Source: Eledone cirrhosa (lineage: Eukaryota). Taken from it: 64,000 nucleotides of DNA. This document shows, in pieces, positions 1-12,847 of this stretch. Under the pieces are notes generated by a model. It did not search any database and had not been told where the DNA came from. It saw only the letters and a list, made by a program, of their open reading frames with translations. Every line of letters begins with the position of its first letter. Positions within the stretch are counted from its first letter, which is position 1. The translations under genes were made by a program, and so were the position numbers. The DNA lies in NCBI GenBank assembly GCA_964016885.1, contig OZ024742.1, positions 131,502,001 through 131,566,000 on the forward strand, in the 5' to 3' direction.

Positions 1-70
1 ATTATAATAGAGAGTCCATTGCTAGAATAGGAATCTAATAAGGCCTTTCCTTTCGTATTTATATATATAT

Positions 71-310
71 AAGTAGTAATACAACAGTTAGTTTACCATA
101 CCGAGAACAATTGTTTCACCTTATGCGGATCTTCAGCTCGGACTGCTCATGGTTCCTTATAACCATGACCAGTCCGAGGTGAAGATCCGCATAAGGTGAA
201 ACACTTGTTCTCGGTATGGTGAACTAACTGCTGTATTACTACTTCTACTAAACTCGTCCCAAGGACTTAGTGCTCTACCACTACGGATGTTACCTTCCAG
301 TGTTCTACCC
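71..310. mobile_element. Penelope-like pLTR remnant forming an 84-bp inverted repeat (71-154 / 161-244)
   Basis: Arms are reverse complements with about 5 mismatches and a 6-nt loop; each arm has a hammerhead motif; abuts (TA)n. Confidence 0.7.
101..141 (-). ncRNA. Minimal type I hammerhead ribozyme motif
   Basis: Minus strand reads ccgag CTGAAGA tcc-gcataa-ggt GAAA caattg TT ctcgg: stem I ccgag/ctcgg, palindromic stem III. The mirror copy at 174-214 has a mutated core (GTGAAGA). Confidence 0.7.
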
Positions 311-366
<56 letters not shown>

Positions 367-429
367 CTCTCTCCATCTCTCTCCCCCCCCCTCTCTCTCT
401 ATATATATATATGAACGTATATATATATA

Positions 430-1235
430 ATCATTAGGACATCTGACTGATAAAATGACAAGTCAGTCAATCATACTTGTGGCCTTCCCACAGCCCCGGC
501 GGACAGAATGGAGAAGGCGTTTCCCCGGAGGACGCCAAGGGAGACGGGCTGGAAAAGTCATTCCAATTTGCGGGGCTCACACCTTCGGCTGGACAGCTCA
601 GCGCCTATGGTGGTGAGTAAGGAGGTAGCCCTGGGGCCGAAGACTCCAGAAGTTTCCACTGCCAGGGGAACGACCGCAAATCTGTCGGAGAGCGACCGGT
701 ATTTGAGGAGTTTGGCTCCCTCAGCCCGGCGTGCAGCAGAACCTGGGTCAGTCGCAGACTGCACCAGGTTGCGGCTGCAGAAAGTGTCGGTGCAATTGGC
801 ATCCCAGACGAGGGGTTTGCCACCGCGTAACGGGAAGATGGTTATGCCATCTGGCCTTTTGCCGTCCCCTCGATCCAGCCCCACCGGCTCGAATTGGGAA
901 GGGAAGTCTGCAGCGTCCAAGCCATACTTAATGACCTCGTTGAGGGCAGTATGGCGTGGAATGTGGCCGGCACTGTGGCGACAGGAAAGCGGGTGGAGGC
1001 CGAAAGAGTCTACGGTGGAACCGCAGCGACAATGGTGTGGCTGGCACATCCGGAGGCCGAGCCTCAGGGAAACGCCGATTCGCAGGCTATGGTTGTCTAG
1101 CTGCGTGCCAGTGGAGAAGGAGGGCAGAACATGGAGCCAGGCACCACTGTGGGGTTTGGAGGCCGCACGAAAACAAGCAAGGGGTGCTGGTCGAGCTGGC
1201 GCGTGAGCCTGTCTGAGGCCAGGCTGCACTGAATG
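430..1235 (-). mobile_element. CRE-clade non-LTR retrotransposon 3' fragment (Zn knuckle plus restriction-like endonuclease)
   Basis: ORF 558-1244: SGAWL..LP, LRLG, CRCG..D..GLH.LSC, RH..LN, RPDG, WD, K..KY, PLAVET.G; continues past one TGA (probably W) as LFQPVSLGVLRGNA; GC-rich. Confidence 0.85.
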
Positions 1236-1558
1236 GCATCCCATGTGCGTTGGGGGGACTTGACGTCAACATGGGGATGAGAAGGAGGGACGTCTACTGG
1301 GCATTTAATTTGAAAAGGGGAGCAAATTAAAAGGAAAATAATTGATCTGGCCATATGCTGGAAGAAATTGAACTCAACACAGAAGCACCTAATTAAATAC
1401 AGTAAAGGAATTCTGTCCTACCTTCTTCCACGAAATCCATATTATCATTGCAGAACTATTTCTCTTTCTCCCCTCCTCTCTATCTGGCCTCTCTCTTCCC
1501 ACTCCCCCCTCCCCCCCATCTCTCTCGTTCTTCCTACAACCCCATACACAAACATATT

Positions 1559-1608
<50 letters not shown>

Positions 1609-2725
1609 TGTATATATATATATATATATATCTATATATATCTCTATATATATATACATATATATATATATCTTCCTACCTCCACTTATATATATTTAAT
1701 TCTAATACATATATATATATATATACTTAATTCTTATATATATATATATATAGTAGAATTAACTTGAAACGTGTACCTCTCTGTCTACATGTGTATATTG
1801 TGTGTGCGTGTATTTTGTATAAAGCGAAACATTTTCTGAAAATACTTGTACTCATTGATAGTTGAAATTCTTTTAGATTTATTGAGAAAATTTAATTATC
1901 ACAGTCTGCATGAAGTCTAATTTAAAACTTGCTGTTAATTATCGTTGAGAGCTTTCAGCATTTATTATCTAGATACTTCAATTCGTTTCTTATTCAATGT
2001 TTAGTGAAGTATTTGGAGTGAATTTGTATGTGGGTGTACATGTATGTGTTGTATTATGTTTTAGTGTAACATTGTGTTGTGTTGTATATGTTGTGTTGTA
2101 AGTGAAATATATAAAGATAGCGATAGAGCGTAGTATGAAATGTAGAAATTGATAGACGGAAAACTAAATATACCTAGAAAAGAAAAAAAGAAAGAATACA
2201 GATATATTAAAGTTATCGTATGTTATGTAAGGAAGTGTTGCGTCATTAATAGTATCCAGAATAGACGTCGGATATTTAAGGGCATAGAGTTTAAGGTGGT
2301 TATCAAAGTATACAGAGCATTAAGTCGAATGTTGGTACGTTGCCTCGCAACACACAAAGGCACAAGAATACATATATGCATGCATACACATATATTATAA
2401 TTCATGTTCAGTAATACAAAAGTGTGCACACGTCTTAATAGTTTAGCACACTATCGATGATTCACTCAATATCTACTCGGAGTTTAATAAGAGGGGATCA
2501 ATCAGGTTATGCCAGTGTAACCGAAGAAAGAATCAAGGTTTTAGGGGAAATTATAATTGATTCCCAGTGAGCATCAGTGCTCTCTGTCGACGCTGCTGGA
2601 AGCTACCGAGAGATATTAAGTCGGAATTGTGAATGGTGTAATACTTCCTCGGCTAAAAGGAGAGCACTCTCAAAGATTCTAACTAAATGGTTTTATGAAA
2701 AATTAGAATATATATATATTGAATA

Positions 2726-2800
2726 TAGAAATGGCGTCAACAGGAATAGAACTGTTTCATTCTCCTGAGTGAAGCAGTTCTAGTCCTGTAGAAGCCATAT
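2726..2800. repeat. Short imperfect inverted repeat
   Basis: atggcgtcaacaggaatagaactgtttca pairs with tgaagcagttctagtcctgtagaagccat. Confidence 0.55.
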
Positions 2801-2883
2801 TTATAGTCTGTTATGTATTGAGTACCTTACTTACTGTAGACGACCCCTATTGAACCCGGGATAAACTTATATATATATATATG

Positions 2884-3000
<117 letters not shown>

Positions 3001-3968
3001 GTTTGTATATCGGTTAGCATACGATATGATTACGAATAAACATTGGAAAGCCCTTAGCTATGAATTTTAAAGGTGATAGCTGGTGCCATCTGCCTAGTCC
3101 CAGCAGAAGCAAGGAGGAAGTAACCGACAGTTGTATTGTGGCTTCAGTGCCATTGACAAGGTGATTTATTACCTTTCACGCCTCAAATAAGCCGCAAACG
3201 TATAACGTTAACGCTTATGTATATGGGGTGATAAGCCTCCGTTGCATACGGAGCTGTAAGCTGCGTTGGCCAGAACAAGAAATAGAATTAAGGTGCTCGA
3301 TCCATATATATATACACATATATATATATAGAGGTTTTCTCCCTTGCTGGACTCCATGTGCGTTCTAGCTAAAGTTAACTTCTTTATTCGTTGGACATAA
3401 CCCGTTGATAAAGTGTTCCGGTCCATCCGCTCCCTAGAAGTCTTATATATTTTTATGTGGGCTGATAGGGGGCGGAATAAGGAGTTGCAGAAACCCAAGA
3501 AGCTAGATTTACCACCTTTCTAGTGGGTCCGGGTAACTTTTTACATTCATATAAATTATTGATTTATTGATATTTTATCTGAGTGACCCGAATCTTCCTG
3601 GTCGTTATTTTTCGGCTGCATGGGTGATTTTAGGCATAATCTTTGTGTGTTGGTATTTTAACGATAGTTATAGCTCTGATTTATCTGAATTATTGAGCCC
3701 TCTGCCACTCATGTCGGATTTGTTTATCGTAAATTCGTTAGCTGATTTTCCGATACTCGATTATTGTATTATATATATATATATATACAAAATTAAGATA
3801 AATCCAAGTGATCATATTATAAGGTATTAATGATATTATAAGGTATCTATTTTTGAAGTTCTAGTTAACTTTATTTACCTACCTAGCTATGCGTGCTTGC
3901 ACGCTTGTAAAAATTATCCCCTGTGATTGTTTCATATGTTTATTTATATGTTAATCAATTTCTAGTTG

Positions 3969-4020
<52 letters not shown>

Positions 4021-4095
4021 AGGGAGTGTAACGCGGAGTTAATGTAGGTTCACGTCAGTATAGAGGTGTAGAGCGAGACAAAGTGTAGTATACTA

Positions 4096-4389
4096 AAACA
4101 AGGACAAATGGTTACTCCTTCATAGGTTGGCGACGCGCGTTTCGATATTGATCAGCTCAAGGTTCGATCTGTATCGATTTCGCCCGACTCTGTAATAAAT
4201 GGCTCGTCTTAGCTCTGTGGTAGTAATGACAGAATGATTCATTCTGTAATAACTGCCACAGAGGTCCGAAGTGACATTGATTAGAGAGTCGTGCTAGATC
4301 GATACAGATCGAAGCTTGAGTTGATCAATGGCGAAAGGCGCGTCCCCAGCCAATAAACATAATGAAGGGGTAACCATTCGTCCTTGTTT
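4096..4389. mobile_element. Diverged inverted repeat with ~145-bp arms, probably a PLE pLTR
   Basis: Arms centred near 4238 (acagaatga-t-tcattctgt); the left arm reads GAAACGCGCGTC on the minus strand, a typical HHR 3' half. Confidence 0.6.
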
Positions 4390-4413
4390 GTTAACAACTG
4401 ACAGGAAGGTAAT

Positions 4414-4454
4414 CGGTGCTGATGACAGCTAATAAGTTAGAAACTAGTTCATCG
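4414..4454 (+). ncRNA. Type I hammerhead ribozyme motif
   Basis: cggtg CTGATGA cagct-aata-agtta GAAA ctag TT catcg. Confidence 0.7.
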
Positions 4455-4849
4455 TTCCTTTGTCAGTGTTGAACAAAAGGACAACGATGGTTGCCGAACA
4501 CTGTATGGCTTAATTCGGGCTGTTTGTTAACAAACAAACCGAGCATTATAATGAATGTTCGGTAAAAACCATACGTACATATATATATATATATATATAT
4601 GTGTGCATGTATGTATGTATATACATACTACTGTACGACTGTATACATATATGTATGTACGTATACATACTTATATTTAAGTATCAGCCGTACCAAGAGT
4701 GAGAAATGAAATTTCATTGTTTCCGTTTATCGTTTTCGGTACGCCCGGCCGACTAACTCACTCGATATGCAAATTAGGGTGCTCAGCCGTTAATATGGAT
4801 AAGAAAAGTATATACTTTCAAACGTTCAAACAACTGACAGGAAGGTATA

Positions 4850-4890
4850 CGGTGCTGATGACAGCTAATAAGCTAGAAACTAGTCCATCG
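4850..4890 (+). ncRNA. Type I hammerhead ribozyme motif (GUC site)
   Basis: cggtg CTGATGA c-agct-aata-agct-a GAAA ctag TC catcg; stem I cggtg/catcg, palindromic actagt stem III. Confidence 0.8.
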
Positions 4891-5181
4891 TTCCTTTGTC
4901 AGTGTTGAACAAAAGGGCAACAATGGTTGTCGAACACTGTGCGGCTAATAATTCGGGCTGTTTGTTAACAAACAAACCGAGCATTATAATAAATGTTCGG
5001 TAAGCCCATACGTACATGTATATACATATGTGTGCATGTATGTATGTATATACATACTACTGTACGACTGTATACAAATATGTATGTACGTATACATACT
5101 TATATTTAAGTATCAGCCGTACTAAGAGTGAGCAATGAAATTTCATTTTTTCCGTTTATATATATATATATATATATAAAC

Positions 5182-5700
5182 ATTAGAATTGGCGCTCTGA
5201 AATAGCGTTATATATATGAATGTGTATATATAGTGTATTTTGCAATACACTGTATGCTTAATTAAAAGCATTTCGAAGATCTTATGCTATTGTTTTAGAG
5301 TAGTGACAGTCTCACTTACTTTAAATTTTCAACAAACAGTTGACAGAGCTATGCAAAATACACTATATATACATTCATATATATATATCGCTATTTCAGA
5401 GCGCCAATTCTAATTTTCAATTCCTGCTTGACCGGCAACCGCTCTGTATGATCAGTTGCTGATTATTATTAGAAATTCTATAAGAATCAAAGATTCACGA
5501 TTTTCAGCAAACAGGTGGAGTACTTGGCTTTGATAAGTAACAATCAGTACGAAACATAGCTCTGTCAGCTTTATCTACCCTGTTTGCTGAAAATTTAAAG
5601 TAAGTGAAACTGTCACTACTCTAAAACAATAGCATAAGGTCTTCGAAATGCTTTTAATTAAGCATACAGTGTATTGCAAAATACACTATATATACATTCA
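5182..5700. mobile_element. Nested inverted repeats, PLE-like remnant
   Basis: 5182-5243 is the inverse of 5352-5414 and 5216-5352 is the inverse of 5556-5700; degenerate HHR-like core at 5530-5560; (TA)n on both sides. Confidence 0.6.
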
Positions 5701-5702
5701 TA

Positions 5703-5740
<38 letters not shown>

Positions 5741-5842
5741 ATAATTGTTTCTACTTTAGGCACAAGGCCAGCAATTAACCAGTGCATTACTGGTACTTTA
5801 TTTTATCGACCCCGTAAAGATGAAAGGCAAAGTCAACCTCGG
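5741..5842 (-). mobile_element. tRNA-derived SINE, 3' part
   Basis: Reverse complement of gcctttcatc..ggggtcgataaaataaagtaccagtaatgcactgg..gtgcctaaagtagaaacaattatt. Confidence 0.8.
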
Positions 5843-5869
5843 TTACAAGTATGAAAATAGTTCGATGTA

Positions 5870-6476
<607 letters not shown>

Positions 6477-6719
6477 GCTGTTCGCAGTACCTCTGACGTT
6501 GGTTCCTCCTATTCAAGGTTCTTGATTTGGGGGTTAAGTTGTAACAGTAAGGTACTCAATATATTAAATGTACTCAATACGTCGGTAGAATATATATTTA
6601 TATGGAAATGACTTCTACGGAACTTGGAATGTTTTGTTCGTGTGAAAAATAATATATAATGTTGTTTATGTGTATGTATACATACACACACATACATGCA
6701 TACATACATACATACATAT

Positions 6720-6782
6720 ATGGTGGCTGCCAACTGCTTTTCGAGTACGGCCACTACTTTATATCCATGTAGGAGAATCCCT
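6720..6782 (-). mobile_element. 3'-terminal fragment of the ~600-bp RTE-related non-autonomous element
   Basis: Matches 12848-12892 and 50690-50748. Confidence 0.65.
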
Positions 6783-7631
6783 ATACATATATACATACAT
6801 ATATACATACATATGTTAAGTTATAACAGTGATTTATAAGTAAACTATATATTGTTTTCCTCATCAGTTTCCAATTTTGCAGAGGCAATTATACTGAAAG
6901 ATATTGAGACATTTTCACCTCCACTCTCTTTAGTTTCCAGACCTACTATAATAGAGTGCTAGTGTATATTTAATACTTGGATCTGAGACAATGTTTGTGA
7001 GGACAGTTTCAGCATGCTCTCAAACGCTTCATTCGGAAGTCTAGTATCATTTCTCCTGTGTTATTGTGTCATTACATATCAACAACTAAAGAAAATCTGA
7101 TCTATCTATTAGCCAAACTTAGGTTTTTTAGCTTCATGTCGTCTGTTGAAGTCAAGTTTAGATTTTGTTTAGATTTTGTTTTCTGATATGTGAGGCAATA
7201 TTCCTTTTTTTGACGCTGTATATATACACAGGGACATCGTTAGGACATCATTCCAGGCGAAAACAAACTTTGATGTATAATCTTCGATTCGATGGCAGCC
7301 AATGGTTTTGAGATGCTCTTTTTATTGAATACCTAACAGCGTCGTTCAGAAAGTGTAATTTGTCCAATGCAACATCTTTTTTCATTTAAAAGTGCCTTGA
7401 AGCATAATCATCATTGTATATTTCACGTGTGTTGCATGAGCATGGCGTTCTTTCTTTCACTGCAGTATATGCAGAAACGAACGTAAATTCTTGGAGATAA
7501 AAATTCATGTTTGTCCTACCTATGGCAATTCTCGAAAGCGTGATGCAGACATAATGTATATGTATATATGTATGTGTACATGTATATATATATGAACTTA
7601 TGCATGCTTGTATGCACGTATGTACGTACTG

Positions 7632-7714
<83 letters not shown>

Positions 7715-7904
7715 TTTTATGTATGTATTAATATATGTATGAATGTATGTACTGTCCGTATCCCATTTTCTGTGGAGTAATGATTGCGTGCAGTGTGATA
7801 TCTAGAAGATTACCTGTCCCTATATTTGTGTCGTTGGTGTTTATAAAGTTATGCACTTAAAATATGAATATTATGTCTATTAGATCATCATCTCTGTATA
7901 ATCC

Positions 7905-7939
<35 letters not shown>

Positions 7940-7974
7940 CACACATCCACACGCACACAGCCCCCCTCCCCCGC

Positions 7975-8020
<46 letters not shown>

Positions 8021-8110
8021 CAATGAAGTCACCGCCTAAAATGTCAAGAATATAGGCGGTGACTTCATTTTATGTATATATATATATATAAATAAATATA
8101 TATATATACA

Positions 8111-8214
<104 letters not shown>

Positions 8215-8315
8215 TTTTGCGAGGTTTTTTATATGAAATCGTGTGTCGAAACAGATATTGTTATATTTGGGGAGGATCATATTTGCGTATCATATATCAT
8301 ATGTAAGTCATGTAT

Positions 8316-8778
8316 CATATGTAAGGTGAACCCCCGGATAAACTGTAAAACTAGAAACGTAGTCTATGGCATAAGATGTACAGAGGGTACTTGCATATGT
8401 AAGGTGAACCCCCGGATAAACTGTAAAACTAGAAACGTAGTCTATAGCATAAGATGTACAGAGGGTACTTGCAGAAACACGACAACAACATACATAGGTG
8501 AGACAGCTCGTAGCATAGGTGAAAGGATAGACCAACACTGGGGGGAACTAAAAGGACGAAAAAACGGGTCAGTACTATACGAACATGCTAGACAACAACA
8601 TGACGGTAACATAGACAACATAGAAATTAGAATAATATCTAAACATAGGAATGACCCAGCAGATAGGCAAATCAGAGAGGCCAGTGAAATAGAAATTAGA
8701 AGACCAAAGCTAAACAGAAAGAATGAGTGGAACAACAACAACACCCAAACAAACAACACTGACCTAAGAGAAGTATAA
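8316..8778 (+). pseudogene. Penelope-type GIY-YIG endonuclease fragment
   Basis: NCKTRNVVYSIRC...YIGETARSIGERIDQH...LYEH...RQIREASEI...PKLNRKNE; in-frame 78-bp tandem duplication at 8316-8471. Confidence 0.85.
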
Positions 8779-9046
8779 ACAAATAAGTAAATTAAATAAA
8801 ATAAAATAAGATAAATAAATACATACACAAGCACATAAACACACACTAGTCACCCAGCAGACACAACACTATACACACTAGTCACACATCACACATAACA
8901 CTATACACACACGCAAACGCATGCGCAAAGAAGACAAAATAAAATAAGATAAACAAACAAGCAAACAAATAAATAAATATATAGACAGACTGAACAAAAA
9001 AAAATGGCGTAGACATACAACACAACAGGAGGAACAATGAATATAA

Positions 9047-9090
9047 CACCACTGACGATGTTGCAGATGTGCAACGAAAGATTTATGTAA
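9047..9090 (+). ncRNA. Hammerhead-like motif in PLE pLTR
   Basis: cacca CTGACGA t-gttgc-agatgt-gcaac GAAA g..; stems I and III decayed. Confidence 0.5.
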
Positions 9091-9301
9091 ATTATGTAAA
9101 CTATATATATATGTGTTTGTCTATATTGTATCTGTATTATTTTTGACCGCCGGTCAGTCAATGGCAACACTGAGGACCGAGTAAGTTAGATCGCAGATAT
9201 ATATATATAAAAGACAGCGAGATGCGAAAACCAACCAAACAGTGAGTGTGTTCTGTTATTAATTCTGGCAATATTACGCAAATATGACCCTCCCCAAATA
9301 T

Positions 9302-9340
<39 letters not shown>

Positions 9341-9997
9341 CAATGAAGTCACCGCCTAAATTCTTGACATTCACTTTATCACAGAAATTACAAGATTATT
9401 TTTTGGTTTGGAACCTTGAAACAGAAGCGACTTCTTGGCATTCACAATGATCCTGATAATAATATCACTAATGTTGGCGTATTTCTTTTCATGTTCCAAG
9501 TCTTTCAGTAAAAAAATTTTGAATATAGGTAAAAAGTACTATCCTATCTTAAATATCAATGGTATATTAGTAAACTACTTTATTTTTCGCATCTGGTGGT
9601 GTTTAATTACTAAAATGAGTTAACTATTAGAAGTCTTGTCAATATAAGTTGTGAGTGAGAAGTGAGGTATTTGTGTAGCACTGTCATGCGCTAACTGCGA
9701 CACCTCTAATTTCAAAATTAATTGGATTTTTTTAGTAATTCGGCCCACTTTATGATGATCCATATACTATGCGGACCATTTCTATACATACAGAGTGCGT
9801 ACCCGAGATTGCACTAGTGTGTATATAAATATAGACATATCTAATTGTAGTCAAAAGTTATCTGCGATTTGCCAATACTTTCTTTAGGTTGGCCACAGTT
9901 TCAGAACTCACGTGCTAAAATGTGGTACACTTGTGGTTACGTAAGTGAGTTTTGACCTTGATCGCTCCAGTTTTCGTACATGTGTTACAGAGTAGAC

Positions 9998-10787
9998 ATG
10001 ATCACTTCACTGGCAATATGCACCAAGGAAGAACAGGGATCAGTGATCCGATTTCTCTAGTCTGAGATTGTGTCAGTGGCTGATATTCATCGCAGGCTTT
10101 CAGTACAATACGTGGATATCACTCAGTCTCTTAGAAGCATGTATGAGCTGATCGAGAACTTTAAACTTTAGTCAGACAAACGTGAAGCACGGAATGGGAG
10201 CATGACGTTCATCAAACTCCACCAGTGACGTGAAGATTCAAGAAATCGCAGAGATGACTCTGACAAACCGACGAGTGACCATCGATGAGATGAAATATTC
10301 TCTACAAAATAATAATGGTTCTGCATACGAAATCATCAAGGACGAGCTTTGCTTCCATAAAGTATGTGTAAGATGGATGCCAAAAAAGCTTACGGAAGTG
10401 CATAAGCGAAATCGTGTGAGATTTGTGAAGACCTCTCAAGGCACACTCATTGCTAATGTGTTGAAGGCGAAGCCTTTTTGGAGAGAATAAAAACAGGAAA
10501 TGAGACTTGGGTCCACCACTTTGAGCCACAATCCAAGTGGCATAGTATGGATTGGAAATACCCGGAATGGTTTTCGAAGAAGAGATTCAAGACTCAGCAT
10601 TCCACAGAAAAAGTGATGTTAAATATTTTTGGGGAAGAAAATTCCCTATAACGAAACATTAACCAGGAAAATGGGTCTGCAGTCACCATTGTAGACTACA
10701 AGGAAATGCTGGTAAACATCTGAAACCAAGAATTGGCACAAAATGCTGAGGTCTACTGTCAAAGCAGATGTTATTGTTGCAGGAAAG
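9998..10787 (+). mobile_element. Mariner transposase remnant (stops, frameshifts)
   Basis: EEQGSVIRFL, NRRVTI, KVCVRWMPKKL (WVPxxL motif), TGNETWVHHFEPQSK, KVML, LKPRI...LLS..MLLL. Confidence 0.85.
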
Positions 10788-11050
10788 GATACACCTTCAG
10801 CTTCATACACATCGTTATTGGAGCTACAGGTTATATACCAACCCACGTGGACCAAAGTATAACTGAACTTGGATTTGTGGACAAAGAGCGCACCTCCCTA
10901 ATTCATACACTACAAGTGGCTGCGACAGCTGGCACCTTCAAAATTTACAAAACATTCTTGCGATTCAAGGAATAACAATTTCTTTTACAACCTTGCCACC
11001 ATGAAGGTGGCCGGTCAAATATATACGCGAAATTAAGAGAAAGAGAAACA
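10788..11050 (+). mobile_element. 3' end of a LINE with restriction-like endonuclease (R4/Dong-like)
   Basis: YTFSFIHIVIGATGYIP...LGF...LIHTLQ...GTFKIYKTFLRFKE*, then a short 3' UTR. Confidence 0.65.
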
Positions 11051-11389
11051 TACATGCGAATACATATATATAATACAAGTGTTATGTCTGCAGCCTGATG
11101 ACGTCCACCACTCGTGTACCAGTCATTGTTGTAGGTTTCGTTGCTTATATTCTCAGAATGTTTCAGTATGGCTTTGAAGGGCCTAATAGTTATGTCTTGT
11201 GTGATATGTGCCTTTAACTATATAGATTGCGTTCGTTTACGTTCAAGTTATACGTTCAAGTTACCTCCGATTGAACCCGGAATAAGACCAAAATACAACT
11301 TTTGATAGAATTGTAGAGACGTTGTTGTGACATGCATTTAAACCTGCCGGAGTCTATTCCCCCTCCACGACTGAACATTGCCTATTTCT

Positions 11390-11461
<72 letters not shown>

Positions 11462-11699
11462 TAGAGAGAGAGAGAGGGGGGGGGGAGAAGAGGAGAATGG
11501 AGGTGAAAGAAGGAACTACAGAAAGGAAATTGATCCAAGTAGAAGTATTTTAGTTACTGGCCAAAGGCAAATTTGAACTCGGCGCAGACCTGGAAGGAAG
11601 AGTACAAATAGTTCTATATGACTTTCCAACGAATATGCGAACACGGCACCACTCCTCCATCAACAATTCCACAATACCCACCACCATCACCACCACCAT

Positions 11700-11850
11700 A
11701 ACGGCCCTTTACATCCTGAGTTCAAATCCCGCCGAGGTTAGTTTCGCTTTTCATCCTTAAAGAATCGATAAAATAAAGCACCAGTAATACACTGATATCG
11801 ATTTAATCAACTTTCCCCGAAATTACTGGCCATGTGCCTACAGTAAAAAA
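11700..11850 (+). mobile_element. tRNA-derived SINE (partial)
   Basis: Box B gagttcaaatcc plus the conserved core. Confidence 0.75.
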
Positions 11851-11860
11851 TTATTATTAT

Positions 11861-11902
<42 letters not shown>

Positions 11903-12714
11903 CAGTATCAGCAGTAGTTGTTGCATAACGCAGCCATTAACCTCAGGCCTATCCCACTCTGAAAAAAAAAAAAACAATAAAAAAATCAATGATGAAACAA
12001 ATCACTAAACGAACAATATAATTCATGAAAAGTTAATAATCTTCCCAAATGTTTCATTACATTTATTTATCTATTGGCTTTGAGTTATGTTTTTAATATT
12101 GTGTATATTGTGTTTATTATGCTGGTTTGTCATATTTTCTTCCTATCCTTACTTTTTTTGCTATGAAATCGTTAAAATCATGTTTTGTTAGCCTTGATAA
12201 TCCTACCGTTTGCTTCGGACGTGAAGAAATAAGAAGCCCAATATATAGATAAATAGAAAATAAAAGTAAATAAATAAGTAAAAACAGAAACGAAAGCAGA
12301 ATCTATACAAGAACAGCAACAAATATAGTTTATTAAACAAGAAAACAATAACACACATTTAACAAAGACCAAGCAAGCAACATCGCTTTTTCGCTTTTAT
12401 ACAATGACAACAATAAGAAAATAAATTACATTTTTACTAGAAATGATACAAAGAAATAATAACACTTTATGGAAAAAAATATGGAATAAAAGAAAGATTG
12501 TTGGAAAAGATACACGTATAAGCTAGCATGTTGCAAAACAACAATCACAATAGCATAAACATCTATAACTATAGAGAACATATTAATTCTGTCGTCATTC
12601 TAATAATGTCTGAAGTAAAATGTGAAAAAAAATTATTAAGGAGAAAAAAGCATTCATTTCACACTAATTATATTCAAACAATTGCATGACAATTTAGGAA
12701 TACAAAAACAGATT

Positions 12715-12774
<60 letters not shown>

Positions 12775-12777
<3 letters not shown>

Positions 12778-12833
12778 AACCAGTAAGACCCCGACAGCTG
12801 AGCTCAAGCCGTTTCGACGGCTAATTCTGGACT
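12775..12833 (-). mobile_element. Short copy of the PLE-like repeat family at 15846-16432
   Basis: gaccccgacagctgagctcaagccgtttcgacggctaattctggact, lying between two (TA)n tracts. Confidence 0.6.
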
Positions 12834-12847
12834 CATATATATATATA

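Larger units (their letters stand above)
4394..5158 (+). mobile_element. Tandem direct repeat (~436-bp period, ~1.75 copies) with an HHR in each unit: PLE pLTR tandem or retrozyme-like
   Basis: 4394-4728 closely matches 4830-5158; HHRs at 4414-4454 and 4850-4890. Confidence 0.75.

Noticed and set aside
508-1206. 232-aa plus-strand ORF
   Set aside because: Antisense shadow of the GC-rich CRE coding strand
6850-7500. Possible APE endonuclease trace (FVSAYTA) on the minus strand
   Set aside because: Single weak motif, too decayed to call
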